This document shows positions 25,097 through 50,709 of a DNA stretch of 64,000 nt, piece after piece (within the stretch, counting starts at the first letter, position 1; the number at the start of each line of letters is the position of its first letter). The notes beneath the pieces were generated by a model. That model saw only the letters and a program-made list of their open reading frames with translations, did not search any database and was not told the DNA's origin. Origin of the DNA: an uncultured Gemmatimonadales bacterium (lineage in GTDB: Bacteria > Gemmatimonadota > Gemmatimonadetes > Longimicrobiales > Longimicrobiaceae); assembly GCA_963716255.1 (NCBI GenBank), contig OY970303.1, positions 8,359,712 to 8,423,711 on the forward strand, read 5' to 3'. Position numbers and translations under genes: made by a program.

Positions 25097-27022
25097 CTAT
25101 GCGACCGCAGCCCGGCTCTCAACCGGCACGAGCGGCACCGCGAACGCGGTCTTGGGGGGGACGACCAGGCTCATGTAGCGGTCGCCCTCGTGGAAGACGA
25201 GACCGAGCTCCAGCAGCCCCCTCAGCTCCGCCTCCACCTCCACGTCCTCCAGCTCCTTGAGCACGGCGGGGACCTTCTTCGCCGTGGCGAGCGTCTCCAG
25301 CAGGCGGCGGCTCTCCTCGCGGAGGGGATACTCCACCTCGGTTCCGGAGCGGGAGTCGACGACGCTCGTGTGTCCGTCCTGCGTACGGAGGACGAGGCGT
25401 GGCCGCGTCTGCTCGTTCCTCCAGAGCACGGTCCAGCGGTCCACCTTCTCGCGCAGCCGCATGACCATCTTCGCCGCGTTCCTGGCATACGGCGCGTTGT
25501 AGTTGCGGTCCGCGAAGTAGTACGCCATCCCCGCCAGCGCCTCGCTCCCCAGCGGATAGGTGAGGGTGTACCAGTCGAGCGGGCGCAGGTCCAGCCCGTA
25601 CTCCTCCGCCTCGGCGAAGTAGGGACTGAAGCGGTCGAAGCGCACCGGGAACACACCGCCCGGCGGGGGGAGGTGGGTGAGCCGTGGGATGTCCTCCAGA
25701 TACTTCTCATACACCTCGATCCCCTCCCTCGGGAACCCGATGAGGAGGTTCCACAGCGGGCTGATGCCGTAGCGCACGGAGTTGATGAGGAAGTGGAGGT
25801 TCTGGAACACCGAGGTGCCCTTGCGCATCAGCTTGAGCGTGGAGGTGTTCAGCGCCTCGATCCCCGGCTGGATGGTCAGGACGCGCGCCTTTTCCAGGAC
25901 CCGGAAGTCGTCCTCGCTGAGGTCGGCCTTGACCTCGTAGAAGATCTCCACGTTGGGCGGGGTGTCCAGGATGGGGAGGACGTCGGTCAGGTAGCTCTTG
26001 GGGAGGATATTGTCCACGCTGTCCATGCGCGAGCACCGGTCCGAGTACCGGAACAGCGAGTCGAACAGCCGGACGGCGAGTTCCGGCTTCATCGCCCGGT
26101 AGTTGATCGTGGAGCCGTTGAGCCCGCAGAAGGTGCAGTGCGCACGCTCGCCCCACCAGCAGCCGCGGGACGTCTCGAAGAAGAGTATCGGCTGGCTCCC
26201 GTCCGGGAAGTTGCCCTCGTACGCGTCGATGAACTGCCCGTAGTCCAGCTCCACCACCTGGTTGATGTCCAGCTCCTCGCCGAAGGCGCGCACCGCGGGG
26301 GGGCCGCCCAGAGCGACCAGCCCATCGCTCGTGGAGCACCCGGCCTCCTGCACCCGGTTCTTTCGAGAGAAGACCCCGTCGATCCGGTGGCAGCCGGCGT
26401 CGTCCGCGTCCATGAGGCACTGGACGAGCCGGGGAAAGCTCTTCAGGGATGGCCCCGAGAACACGAAGTCGATCGCCTCCACCTGTTCGACGATCGCCCG
26501 CCCCATGGGGAACTCGCAGTTGGCGCCGCCCATGACCACCACCTGGTCCGGCCTGCGCGCCCGGAGGCGCCGGATCATCCCCAGGGTGGCGGCGGTCTGG
26601 GAGAACATGGACGTGAAACCCACCAGGTCGGCCTGGTCCAGCCCGTGGCGGTCGATCAGGGCGTCGAAGTGCGCCCCCAGCCCGGCGCGCTTGTCCAGGA
26701 CGAAGTCGCGGATCAGGCGGTTCTGCGGGGTGTGCTGCGGGTAATAGCGCTGGAAGTACACGTCGGAGTTGTCCGGGGCGTCCGGAAAGGCGACCGGCCG
26801 GAAGAACCACTCGCCGAGCCCGGTGGGGTGGTGCGTGAACGAGACCAGCTCGTCGTACGCATCCAGCCCCAGGTAGTGCGCGAAGTCGTGGTTGAGGTAG
26901 TGCACCGTGGCGGAGGCGCGGCCGGCGAAGCTCCTGGCGACGACCGACTGCATCTGGGTCAGTGCCAGCGAGGGCATCGCCAGGTTCCCGAGGGGCATAT
27001 TTACCAGAGCGATCTTGTACAT
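25097..27022 (-). CDS. Cobalamin-dependent radical SAM C-methyltransferase, 'RiPP maturation radical SAM 1' (PoyB/PoyC-like) type
   Basis: [29 protein letters not shown]12-binding region; [22 protein letters not shown] (CX7CX2C); [22 protein letters not shown]. Confidence 0.9.
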   Translation of the reverse strand: MYKIALVNMPLGNLAMPSLALTQMQSVVARSFAGRASATVHYLNHDFAHYLGLDAYDELVSFTHHPTGLGEWFFRPVAFPDAPDNSDVYFQRYYPQHTPQNRLIRDFVLDKRAGLGAHFDALIDRHGLDQADLVGFTSMFSQTAATLGMIRRLRARRPDQVVVMGGANCEFPMGRAIVEQVEAIDFVFSGPSLKSFPRLVQCLMDADDAGCHRIDGVFSRKNRVQEAGCSTSDGLVALGGPPAVRAFGEELDINQVVELDYGQFIDAYEGNFPDGSQPILFFETSRGCWWGERAHCTFCGLNGSTINYRAMKPELAVRLFDSLFRYSDRCSRMDSVDNILPKSYLTDVLPILDTPPNVEIFYEVKADLSEDDFRVLEKARVLTIQPGIEALNTSTLKLMRKGTSVFQNLHFLINSVRYGISPLWNLLIGFPREGIEVYEKYLEDIPRLTHLPPPGGVFPVRFDRFSPYFAEAEEYGLDLRPLDWYTLTYPLGSEALAGMAYYFADRNYNAPYARNAAKMVMRLREKVDRWTVLWRNEQTRPRLVLRTQDGHTSVVDSRSGTEVEYPLREESRRLLETLATAKKVPAVLKELEDVEVEAELRGLLELGLVFHEGDRYMSLVVPPKTAFAVPLVPVESRAAVA

Positions 27023-27106
27023 CGGGGCCCTTGTCGGTTGAGGAGATTCACCCCGTTCGGCGCGAATTCGGCCGAGCAGGCACAGCAGGCCGGATCGTTC
27101 CGGCGG

Positions 27107-40779
<13,673 letters not shown>

Positions 40780-40783
<4 letters not shown>

Positions 40784-43700
40784 CGGCCACCTTCGCCGCC
40801 CGAGGAGGAAGGGCCGCGAATCAGATCCTGCACGTCGGCGTCGGAGAGCCCTTCCAGCCTTCGCATCGCCTCCTCCAGCTCCCAATCCTCCACCCCCGCG
40901 GCCACCTCGGCGTCCACCCGGGCAGCGAGGTCGGCCACGGTGGGCGCCTCGAAGACGGCCCGCAGCAGCAGGTCCACCCCGAACACCTGCCGCACCCGCG
41001 CCACCACCTGGGTTGCCAGCAGGGAGTGCCCGCCCAGCTCGAAGAAGTTGTCCTCCACGCCCACCGCCGTGCCGACACTCGGCTCCAGCACCTCGATCCA
41101 GATCTCCACCAGCAGCTCTTCGGTGGGGGTGCGCGGCGCGACGTACCGCTCGCCGTCCGCGTCCCACACGGGCGCCGGGAGGGCGGCGCGGTCCAGCTTG
41201 CCGTTGGGGGTCAGCGGAAGCGTGTCCAGCGGCACGAAGGCGGAGGGGACCATGTGCTCCGGGAGCCGCTCGCCGAGGAACGCCCGCAGCGCGGCGGCGC
41301 CGATCCCTGTGCCGCCCGCGGGGACCAAGTAGGCGACAAGGCGCTTCTCGCCGGGGCGGTCCTCCCGAGCCAGCACCACGGCCTCGCGCACACCCGGGTG
41401 TGTCCGCAGCGCGGCCTCGACCTCGGCCAGCTCGACGCGGAAGCCGCGCACCTTGACCTGGTGGTCGGTCCGCCCCAGGAACTCCAGCTCCCCCGAGGCC
41501 AACCAGCGCACCCGGTCCCCGGTCCTGTACAGCCGGGCCCCGGCCTCCGCCCCGAACGGATCGGGGAGAAAGCGCTCGGCCGTCAGCCGGGCGCGCCCCA
41601 GGTAGCCCCGTCCCACCTGCGCTCCACCCACGTACAACTCCCCGGGGATGCCGAGCGGCACCGGCTCGCCCGCCTGGTCGAGCACGTACACGCGAGTGTT
41701 CGCCAGGGGGCGACCCAGCGGCACCGTCCCGGCCCCCGCACCGTCCCGCACACGGCAGGTGAGGACGCCCACCGTGGTCTCCGTGGGCCCGTAGTGGTTC
41801 ACCAGCTCCAGCCCGGGAGCCCGCGCCCTCAGCTCGTCGGCCCACTCGCTCCGCGAAGCCTCGCCTCCCAGCACCAGGATGCGCCGCGGCAGCCCGTGCG
41901 CCCCTTCGCTCCCGACCCGCATCGCGGCCAGGTGCGATGGGACGATCTTGACCACGTCGATGTTGTGCTGCTCCAGGTACGCGGCGAAGCGTCCGGGCGC
42001 GGTCGCCTCATCCTGCGGGAGGACGTGCAGCGTCCCCCCGGTGCACAGCGACGGGAACAGCACGGTGTTGCCCAGGTCCGCCGCCGGCGTGGAGACCAGG
42101 GCGTACCGCAGGGGGAAGTGGAGCCCGATCCGCTCGATGGCGGCGTGGACGTAGTTGCAGAGCTGGCGGTGCTCCACCCCCACGCCCTTGGGGCGGCCGG
42201 TGGAGCCCGAGGTGTAGATGACGTACGCCAGCGACGACGAGTGCGGGAGTGCGAACGTGCGGGCGTGCGAGAGCGCGCTCCCGTCGGCCGAGGCGATGCG
42301 CGCGGCATCGGCGTCCAGGCGCACGCGGTGCACGGCTGTTTCCGGGAGCAGCGTCTCCAGCGCCTGCGTGGTCACCAGCACGGCCGCCCCGCTGTCCTCG
42401 GCCATGAAGGCCAGGCGCTCCAGCGGGTAGCCCGGGTCCAGCGGCACGTAGGCGCCCCCGGCCTTGAGCACGCCCAGCAGCGCCACCACCAGTTCCACCG
42501 AGCGCTCCAGGCACACCCCCACCCGCGTCTCCGGGCCTACCCCCAGCGCCGCCAGGTACGCGGCAAGCCGCTCTGCGCGCGCGTCCAGCTCCGCGTAGCA
42601 CAGGCGGTCGCCCTCGTAGACCAGCGCCACGGCCCCCGGCGTGCGACACGCCTGGGCCTCGAACAGACCGTGCAGCGTCAGCCCGACGGGATAATCGCGC
42701 CGGGTGGCGTTCCATTCCTCCAGGAGCTGCCGCCGTTCCGGGAGCGAGAGCAGGTCGATGCCGGCCAGCGGGCGCTCCGGATCGGCCGCCACGGCGCCGA
42801 GCAGCGCGCCCAAGTGCCCCAGCATGCGCTCCATGGTGGCCCCGTCCCACAGCGCCCGGCGGTACGCCATCGAGCCATGGATCTGCTCTCCGGCGTCGTA
42901 CATGCTGAGCATCAGGTCGAACTTCACCGACGCGGGTCCGCCAGCGAGGGTCTCCAGGCCGGCCTCGCCCAGCTTCAGCTCGCCCCGCCGGTTGTTCTGG
43001 AGGACGAACATCACCTGGAATAGGGGCGTGTGCGTCAGGCTGCGCTCCACCCCCAGCTCCTCCACCAGCTTCTCGAACGGCAGGTCCTGGTGCTGGTACG
43101 CCTCCAGCGTAGTTTCCCGCACCTCCCGGAGCAGGTCCCGGAAGCTCCCGTCCGGCGACACCTGCGCGCGCAGGACGAGCGTGTTTACAAAGAAGCCGAT
43201 CAACGGCTCCACCTCCGCGGTCGTGCGCCCGGAGATGGGGGTGCCCACCACGACGTCGTCCTGGCCGCTGTAGCGCGAAAGCAGGAGCTGCCAGGCGCCC
43301 AGCAGCACCATGAAGGGCGTGGCCACTTCGCCGCGGGCGAGAGCCCTCAGCGCGGCGGCGGTCCCGGCGGGGACGGCAAGGACCTGGACCCCCGCCTGCG
43401 CGCTCTGCCCCGCGGTCCGCGGCCGGTCCGTGGGGATCTCCAGGAGCGGGGGAGCGCCGGCCAGCTTGTCCCGCCAGTAGGCCAGCTCCCCGTCGAGCAC
43501 CGTGCCGCTGAGCCAGGCGCGCTGCCAGGCGGCGTAGTCCGCGTACTGTACCGGCAGCTCCGGCAGCGAGGGCTCCTCCCCGCGGCTCAGGCCACCGTAG
43601 AGGGCGGACACCTCGCGGGTCAGCACCTCCATGCTCCAGCCGTCGCTGACGATGTGGTGCATGCAGAAGAGCAGGACCTGCTCGCCCTCCGCCGCTCGGA

Positions 43701-46700
43701 CCAACAGGGATCGCAGGAGCGGCCCGCGCGCCAGGTCGAAGGGCCGCAGCGCCTCGGCACCGGCCAGCCGCAGCACCTCCCGCTCGCGCGCGCCGGGCGT
43801 GAGCCGGGCGAGGTCGATCCGGGGAAGGGGCACGGGGGCGGGCGGGTAGACCACCTGGACCACGCGCCCGTTGATCTCCAGGAACCGGGTCCGCAGCGCC
43901 TCGTGGCGGGCGGCCAGCCGGGTCAGGGCGCGCTCCAGCGCCCGCGCGTCCACCGTGCCGCGCAGGCGCAGGGCCTGCGGAATGTTGTAGGCGCTGCTCG
44001 CAGGATCGAGCTGCTGGAGGAACCAGAGACGCTGCTGCGCGAACGACAGCGGGAGCGGCCCGGCGCGGGAGATGGGCGCCACCGGCGGCACGGAGCTGCC
44101 CGCCCCGGCGCGCCGCAGCGCGTCCAGGTGCGCGGCCAGGCCCTCCAGGGTGGGGTGCTCGAACAGCGCCCGCAGCGGCACCTCCACCCGCAGCCCCAGC
44201 CGGAGCCTCGAGACCACCTGCGTGGCCAGCAGCGAGTGCCCCCCCAGCGCGAAGAAGTCGTCCCGCACCCCCACGCGCTCCCGCCGCAGCACCTCCGCCC
44301 AGATCTCCCCCACCAGTTCCTCCACCGCCGTGCGCGGCGCCTCGTACGCCGCCGCCTCCCCCCACCCCTCCGGCTCCGGCAGCGCCCCCCGCTCCACCTT
44401 GCCGTTGGCGTTCAGCGGCAGCCGCTCCAGCACCACGTACGCACCCGGCACCATGTACTCCGGCACCCGCTCCCGCAGGCGCCGGCCCACCTCCCCCACC
44501 GACAGCGCTCCTCCCTCTCCCCACACCACGTACGCCACCAGCCGCCGCTCCCCCGGCCGGTCCTCGCGCGCGACGACGACGGCCTCGCGGATCTCCGGCT
44601 GCTCCAGCAGCGCGGCCTCCACCTCCCCCGGCTCGATCCGGAACCCCCGGATCTTCACCTGCGCGTCCACACGGCCCAGGAACTCCAGCGCTCCCTCCAC
44701 GCTCCAGCGCACCCGGTCCCCCGTCCGGTACAGCCGCCCTCCCGCCGGGCCGAACGGGTCGGGCACGAAGCGCTCGGCCGTCAGCTCCGCACGGCCCAGG
44801 TAGCCGCGCCCCACCCCCGCGCCTCCGATGTACAGCTCTCCCGGCACCCCCACCGGCGCCGCCGCGCCGCCGCGCTCCAGCACGTAGAGCGTGGTGTTGC
44901 TCAGCGCCGCCCCGATCGGCACCGTTCCCGCCCCGGGCCGCACCCGCTCCACCCGGTGCCAGCTGGCGTAGGTGGTCGTCTCCGTCGGCCCGTACACGTG
45001 CAGAAGCCGCTGCGGGCCCTCGCCCTCCACCACGCGCCGCACCACCTCGGGGTCCACCGCCTCGCCCCCGAAGAGCACGTGGCGCAGCGTGGCGAAGGCG
45101 TCGGGCACCTCGTGCACGATCCGGTTGAACAGCGCCGTGGTCAGGAAGAGCGCGCTGACGCGCCGCGCCCGCAGCTCGGCCGCGAAGTCGGCCGGGGAGA
45201 GCGTGTGCTCGCGCTCGACGACGACCACGCTGCCGCCGCCCAGCAGCGCGCCCCAGATCTCGAAGGTGGCCGCGTCGAAGGCGGCGTTGGAGACCTGCGC
45301 GATGCGCTCGTCGGGGCCGAAGGGGAAGTAGTTGGTGTTGCGCACCAGGCGCACGACGGCCCGGTGCGGCACGGCCACGCCCTTGGGACGGCCGGTGGAG
45401 CCCGAGGTGTAGATCACGTAGGCCAGCTGATCCGGATCGACCTCCACGTGCGGCGCGGTGTCGGGAAGCGCCGCGAGCGCGGCGGCGACGGCCGGGTCGT
45501 CCAGCCGAAGCGTGTCGGCGTCCTCGGGGAGGTGGCCGGTCCAGGCGGCGTGGGTGAGGGCGAACACGCAGGCGGCGTCGGCCAGGATCTCGCGCACGCG
45601 CCCGGGGGGAGATTGTGCGTCGACGGGGACGTAGACGCCGCCGGCCTGGAGGATGGCGAGCATGGCCACGACCATCTCGGGCGAGCGCTCCATGCAGAGC
45701 GCCACGCGTGCCTCGGGGCCCACGCCCAGGGTGCGCAGGTGGTGGGCGAGGCGGGCGGCGCGGCCCGCCAGCTCGGCGTAGGTCAGCGCCGCGGCGGTGG
45801 ACTCCACGGCCGGGGCGTCGGGGGAAAGGGCGGCGCGGGCGGCGAAGAGCTCGTGCACGCAGCCGCGCGGAAGCTCCGTGGAGGCGGCGTTCCAGGCCTC
45901 CACTACCTGGGCGTGCTCGCTGGGGCGCAGCAGGGAGGTCTCCCAGAGGCGCCGCGCAGGGTCGGCGGCCATGGCCTCCAGCAGCACCCCCAGGTGCCGC
46001 GCCATCCGCTCCGCCGTCGCCGCGTCGAAGAGCTCCGCCCGGTACACCAGTTCACCGGCAAGGGCGTCCCCTTCGTCCAGCATCGCCAGCTCCAGATCGA
46101 ACTTGGCGATCCCGATCCCGATCCCGAACGCCTCCAGCCTCGCGCTCCCCAGCACGAGCTGCCGCTCCCCGGCGCCGCGCCCGAGGGAGAAGGCCACCTG
46201 GAAGAGGGGGGCGTGGGTGAGGCTGCGCTCGGTGGCCAGCTCCTCCACCAGGCGCTCGAAGGGCACCTCCTGGTGCGTGTACGCGCCCAGCGCCTCCGCG
46301 CGCACCCGCCCCAGCAGCGCAGCCCAGGTGGGCTCTCCCGCCAGGTCGCCGCGCAGCGCCAGCATGTTGACGAAGAAGCCGACCAGTCCCTCCAGCTCCG
46401 CCCGCGTCCGCCCGGCCACCGGCGTGCCCACCACCACGTCCTCCTGCCCGGAGTAGCGCCCCAGCAGCCCCTGCCAGCCGGCCAGCAGCGCCATGAACAG
46501 GGTGGCGCCCTCGCGCCGCGCCAACTGCCGCAGCCCGTCCGACGCCTCCCCGGACAGCCGCAGGGGGTGGCGCCCCGCCCGCGCTCCCTGCCCCGCCGCC
46601 CGCGGCCGGTCGGTGGGGATCTCCAGGAGCGGCGGCGCGCCGGCCAGCCGCTCCTTCCAGTACGCCAGCTGCGCCTCCAGCACCTCGCCGCTCAGCCAGG

Positions 46701-49700
46701 CGCGCTGCCAGGCGGCGTAGTCGCCGTACTGCACCGGCAGCTCCGGAAGCGAGGGCTCCTCCCCGCGGCTCAGGCCACCGTAGAGGGCGGACACCTCGCG
46801 GGTCAGCACCTCCATGCTCCAGCCGTCGCCGACGATGTGGTGCAGCGTGAGGCAGAGAACGTGGTCGTCGTCGCCCAGCCGAAGCAGGGTGCAGCGCAGC
46901 AGCGGCCCGCGCGACAGGTCGAAGGGACGCAGCGCCTCCGCACCCGCCAGGCCCCGCGCCGCCGGCTCGGCCCCCCCCACGCCCCGCAGGTCCACCACCG
47001 GGAGAGGCAGCGGCGAGGGGGGAAGGACGACCTGCACCGGCTCGCCCTCGCCCTCCCGGAAGACGGTGCGCAGCGTCTCGTGCCGGCGCGCCAGCGCGTC
47101 CAGGCTCCGCCGCAGCGCCCCGGCGTCCAGCACCCCGCGCAGCCGCAGCGCGAAGGGCATGTTGTAGGCGGGGCTCTCCGGCTCCATCCGGTCCACGAGC
47201 CAGAGCCGCTGCTGAGCGAAGGAGAGCGGGAGCGCGCACAGCGCATCGCGGGGGACGCGCTCGATGGGAGGGGCGGACAGGGTATGCGCGGCCCCCTGGA
47301 GGGCCTCCACCCGCCCGGCGAGCCCGGCGACGGTGGGCGACTCGAAGATCGCCCGCAGCGGCACCTCCACGCCGAGCGTCCGCCGCACCCGGGACACGAC
47401 CTGCATCGCCAGGAGCGAGTGCCCGCCCAGGTCGAAGAAGTCGGCGCGGACGCCCACCCGCTCCGCCCCCAGCACCTCCGCCCAGATCCCGCTCAGAATC
47501 TCCTCCACCTGCGTCCCCGGCGCGACGTACTCCGCCTCCGCCCCGCGCTCCGGCGCCGGGAGCGCCCGCCGGTCCACCTTGCCGTTGGCGTTCAGCGGGA
47601 GCGCGTTCAGGGTGACGAACGCCGCGGGCACCATGTGCGCGGGGAGCCGCCGCTTCACATGCTCCCCCAGCTCCGCGCCGGACGGTGCTCCCTCCGCGGG
47701 CACCACGTATGCGACCAGCCGCCGGCCGCCGGGGCCGTCCTCCCGCGCTACCACGACGGCGTCCCGCACTCCGCGGTGCTCGCGCAGCGCCGCCTCCACC
47801 TCGCCCGGCTCGATACGGAAGCCCCGCACCTTCACCTGGAAGTCCGTCCGCCCCAGGTACTCCAGCTCACCGCAGGCCTGCCAGCGCACCCGGTCGCCGG
47901 TGCGGTACAGGCGCCCCCCCGCGGCGCCGAACGCGTCCGGGACGAAACGTGCCGCGGTCAGCTCCGGCCGGCCCAGGTACCCGCGCGCTACCGGGACCCC
48001 GCCCACGTACAGCTCCCCCGGCACTCCCACCGGGGCCGGCGCCCCGCGGTCGTCCAGCACGTACGCCCGCGCGTTCGCGACCGGCCGCCCGATCCCGGGC
48101 ACCTCCCCGGCCACCCGGCGCAGCGTGGCGTCCACCGTGCACTCGGTCGGGCCGTACAAGTTCCAGAAGCGCCGCTCTCGCGCCGCCCCCACTCCCCTCC
48201 ACAGTGGCCCCTCCATCACCTCGCCCGCCACCAGGATGTCGGTCGGCGTCGCCCCGAGCGCGTCCAGCACTCCCTCCACCTCCAGCAGCCGCAGCTGGGC
48301 CGGGGTGCAGTCGAAGACCTCCACCGCGCTCTCTCCCAGGAAGCGCCCCAGCGCCTGCGGGTCGGTCCGAACCGCCTCCGGCACCGGGCAGAGCGTCGCC
48401 CCCCAGAGCAGCTGCACCCACTGCTTCACGGAGGTGTCGAAGGTGATGGGCCCGTTCAGGCTCACCCGCGGCGGCGCGTCCGCACCACGGGAGGCGTACA
48501 CGGCCTCGCGGAGCGCCACGGCCAGGTTGACCACGGAGCCGTGCTGCACCATGACGCCGCGGGGCGTGCCCGTGGAGCCGGAAGTGTAGATGACGTAGGC
48601 CAGGTTGCGCGGATCGACCTCCACGGCCGGCGGCGCCTCGCTCTCGCGCTCGGTCGCGCTCCGGTCGGCGTCCAGGCACAGGACCTCCGGTCCGCCGGAG
48701 GGGAATCGCTCCCGCAGCCGCGACTGCGTCACGAGAACGGCCGCGCCGGCGTCGTCGACGAGGCGGGCGAGGCGCTCCGGCGGGCTGGCGGGGTCGAGCG
48801 GCACGTAAGCGCCGCCGGCCTTGAGGACGCCCAGGATGGAGACCAGTTGCTCCGGGCCGCGCTCCAGGCAGATCCCCACGCGCTTCTCGGGACCCACGCC
48901 GCGGCGGCGCAGCGCGTGGGCGAGCCGGTTCGCCCCCCGCTCCAGCTCGGCGAAGCTGAGAGCCCGCCCCTCGAAGAGCACGGCGTCCGCGGCGGGCGTC
49001 CGCGCGGCCTGCTCCGCGAAGAGGTCGTGGACGCAGCGGTCGCGGGGGTACGCAGCCGCGGTGGCGTTCCACCCCTCCAGCAGCTGCGCGCGCTCCTCCG
49101 CGCCCAGCAGTGGCACGTCGCCGAGCCGCCAGTCGGGGTCCGCCGCCACCATCTCCAGCACCCGCCGGAAGTGCCCCAGCAGCCGGTCGATGGTCGCGCC
49201 CTCCCACAGCTCGGCGCGGTACGAGAGGTCGCCCCGCACCCCCTCCTCCAGCTCGGTGAGGCTCAGCGACAGGTCGAACCTGACGGACGCCTCGCCGCTC
49301 CCCAGCGCCCCCACCCTCATCTCCCCCAGCCGCAGCTCGCCCCGTTGCCGGTTGTGCAGCCCGAACATCACCTGGAAGAGCGGGGTGTGCGCCAGGCTGC
49401 GCTCCACGCCGATCTCCTCCACCAGCTTCTCGAACGGCAGGTCCTGGTGCTGGTAGGCTTCCAGAGTCGCTTCCCGCACCTGCCCCAGCAGCTCCCGGAA
49501 GCTCGCCTCCCCCGCAACCTCCGCGCGCAGCACCAGCGTGTTGACGAAGAAGCCGATGAGTCCCTCCGTTTCCCGGCGCGTCCGCCCGGCGATGGGCGTG
49601 CCCACGACCACGTCCTCCGTCCCCGCGTAGCGCGCCAGCAGCAGCTGCCACGCCGCCAGCAGTGTCATGAACAGCGTCGCCCCCTCCCGGCGCGACAGCG

Positions 49701-50553
49701 TCCCCAGCCTCTCCACCTCCCCGGGCGACAGCGCGAAGTCGCGGCTTCCCGCCCGCGCGCCGCGCCCCGCCTGGCGCGGGTGGTCCGTGGGGAGCTCCAG
49801 GACGGGTGGTGCGCCGCGCAGCCGCCCCTTCCAGTACGCCAGCTGCTCCTCCAGCACCGCCCCGACGAGCCAGCCGCGCTGCCACACCGCGAAGTCCGCG
49901 TACTGCACCGGCAGCTCGGGGAGCTCCGGCATCTCGCCCCGGGCGAAGGCGGCGTACAGCGCCGAGACCTCGCGCACCAGCACGTCCATGCTCCAGCCGT
50001 CGCTGACGACGTGGTGCATGGTGAAGCAGAGCACGTGGTCCCCGTCGCCCAGCCGCAGCAGCGTGCTGCGCAGCAGGGGCCCGCGTGCCAGGTCGAAGGG
50101 GAACGCCGCCTCGGCCTCGGCGAGGCGGCGTGCCTCCCGCTCCCCCTCCGGGACGCCGCGAAGGTCCACCAGCGGCAGCGCCACCGGCGCCGCTGGGCCG
50201 ACCACCTGCACCGGCTCTCCGTCGTGCTCGCGGAAGACGGTGCGCAGCGACTCGTGCCGCCGCACCAACTCGCCCAGGCTGCGGCACAGCGCCGCCGGGT
50301 GCAGCTCACCGCGCAGCCGCAGCGCATGCGGGATGTTGTATGCGGGGCTCTCCGGCTCCAGCTGGTGCATCAGCCAGAGCCGCTGCTGGGCAAAGGAGAC
50401 CGGCGCGGGGCCGCGTTCGCCGCGGCGGGGGATGGTGTCCTCCTGGACGCGTGCGCCCCGCTCCCGCAGGATGCTCCGCAGGAGCGCCTGCCTCGCAGCG
50501 GGCGAGAGATGTCCGAGCGTTTCCGTGACTCCGGCCATGGGCTGGTGGCTCAT
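40780..50553 (-). CDS. Middle NRPS: (C-A-T)x3; codes Glu-like (DTKDLALVDK), Ile (DAFFLGVTYK), Asp (DLTKVGHVGK)
   Basis: Three HHxxxDG, A3 and GGHS motifs; helical docking-like termini. Confidence 0.95.
42239..42278. repeat. Five degenerate tandem 8-mers (GAGTGCGG-type) inside an A domain
   Basis: GAGTGCGG GAGTGCGA ACGTGCGG GCGTGCGA GAGCGCGC. Confidence 0.6.
44142..47598 (-). repeat. ~3.45-kb near-identical direct repeat, copy A (A10-T-C-A(Ile)-T)
   Basis: Matches 50865-54321 at constant offset 6723. Confidence 0.9.
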
Positions 50554-50709
50554 CTGAGGCGACGGTGAAGGATGACGGTCTTCCTGGGACTCTGTCGGGC
50601 TGCTGCGTCCGGCTCCCCCCGGCTCCCGGCTGCGGCGGCGCTCAGGGGGGGCGCTCCATCGCAGGCGGAGCGAGTCCCCACGAGAGCCGTCCGGGCGCGC
50701 CCATTTCCC

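Noticed and set aside
40784..41845. N-terminal extension of the terminal NRPS in the ORF track
   Set aside because: Overlaps the middle NRPS out of frame; the real start is the ATGA-coupled ATG at 40783. Track starts at 13937, 9940, 9368, 20555 and 22956 are similarly over-extended
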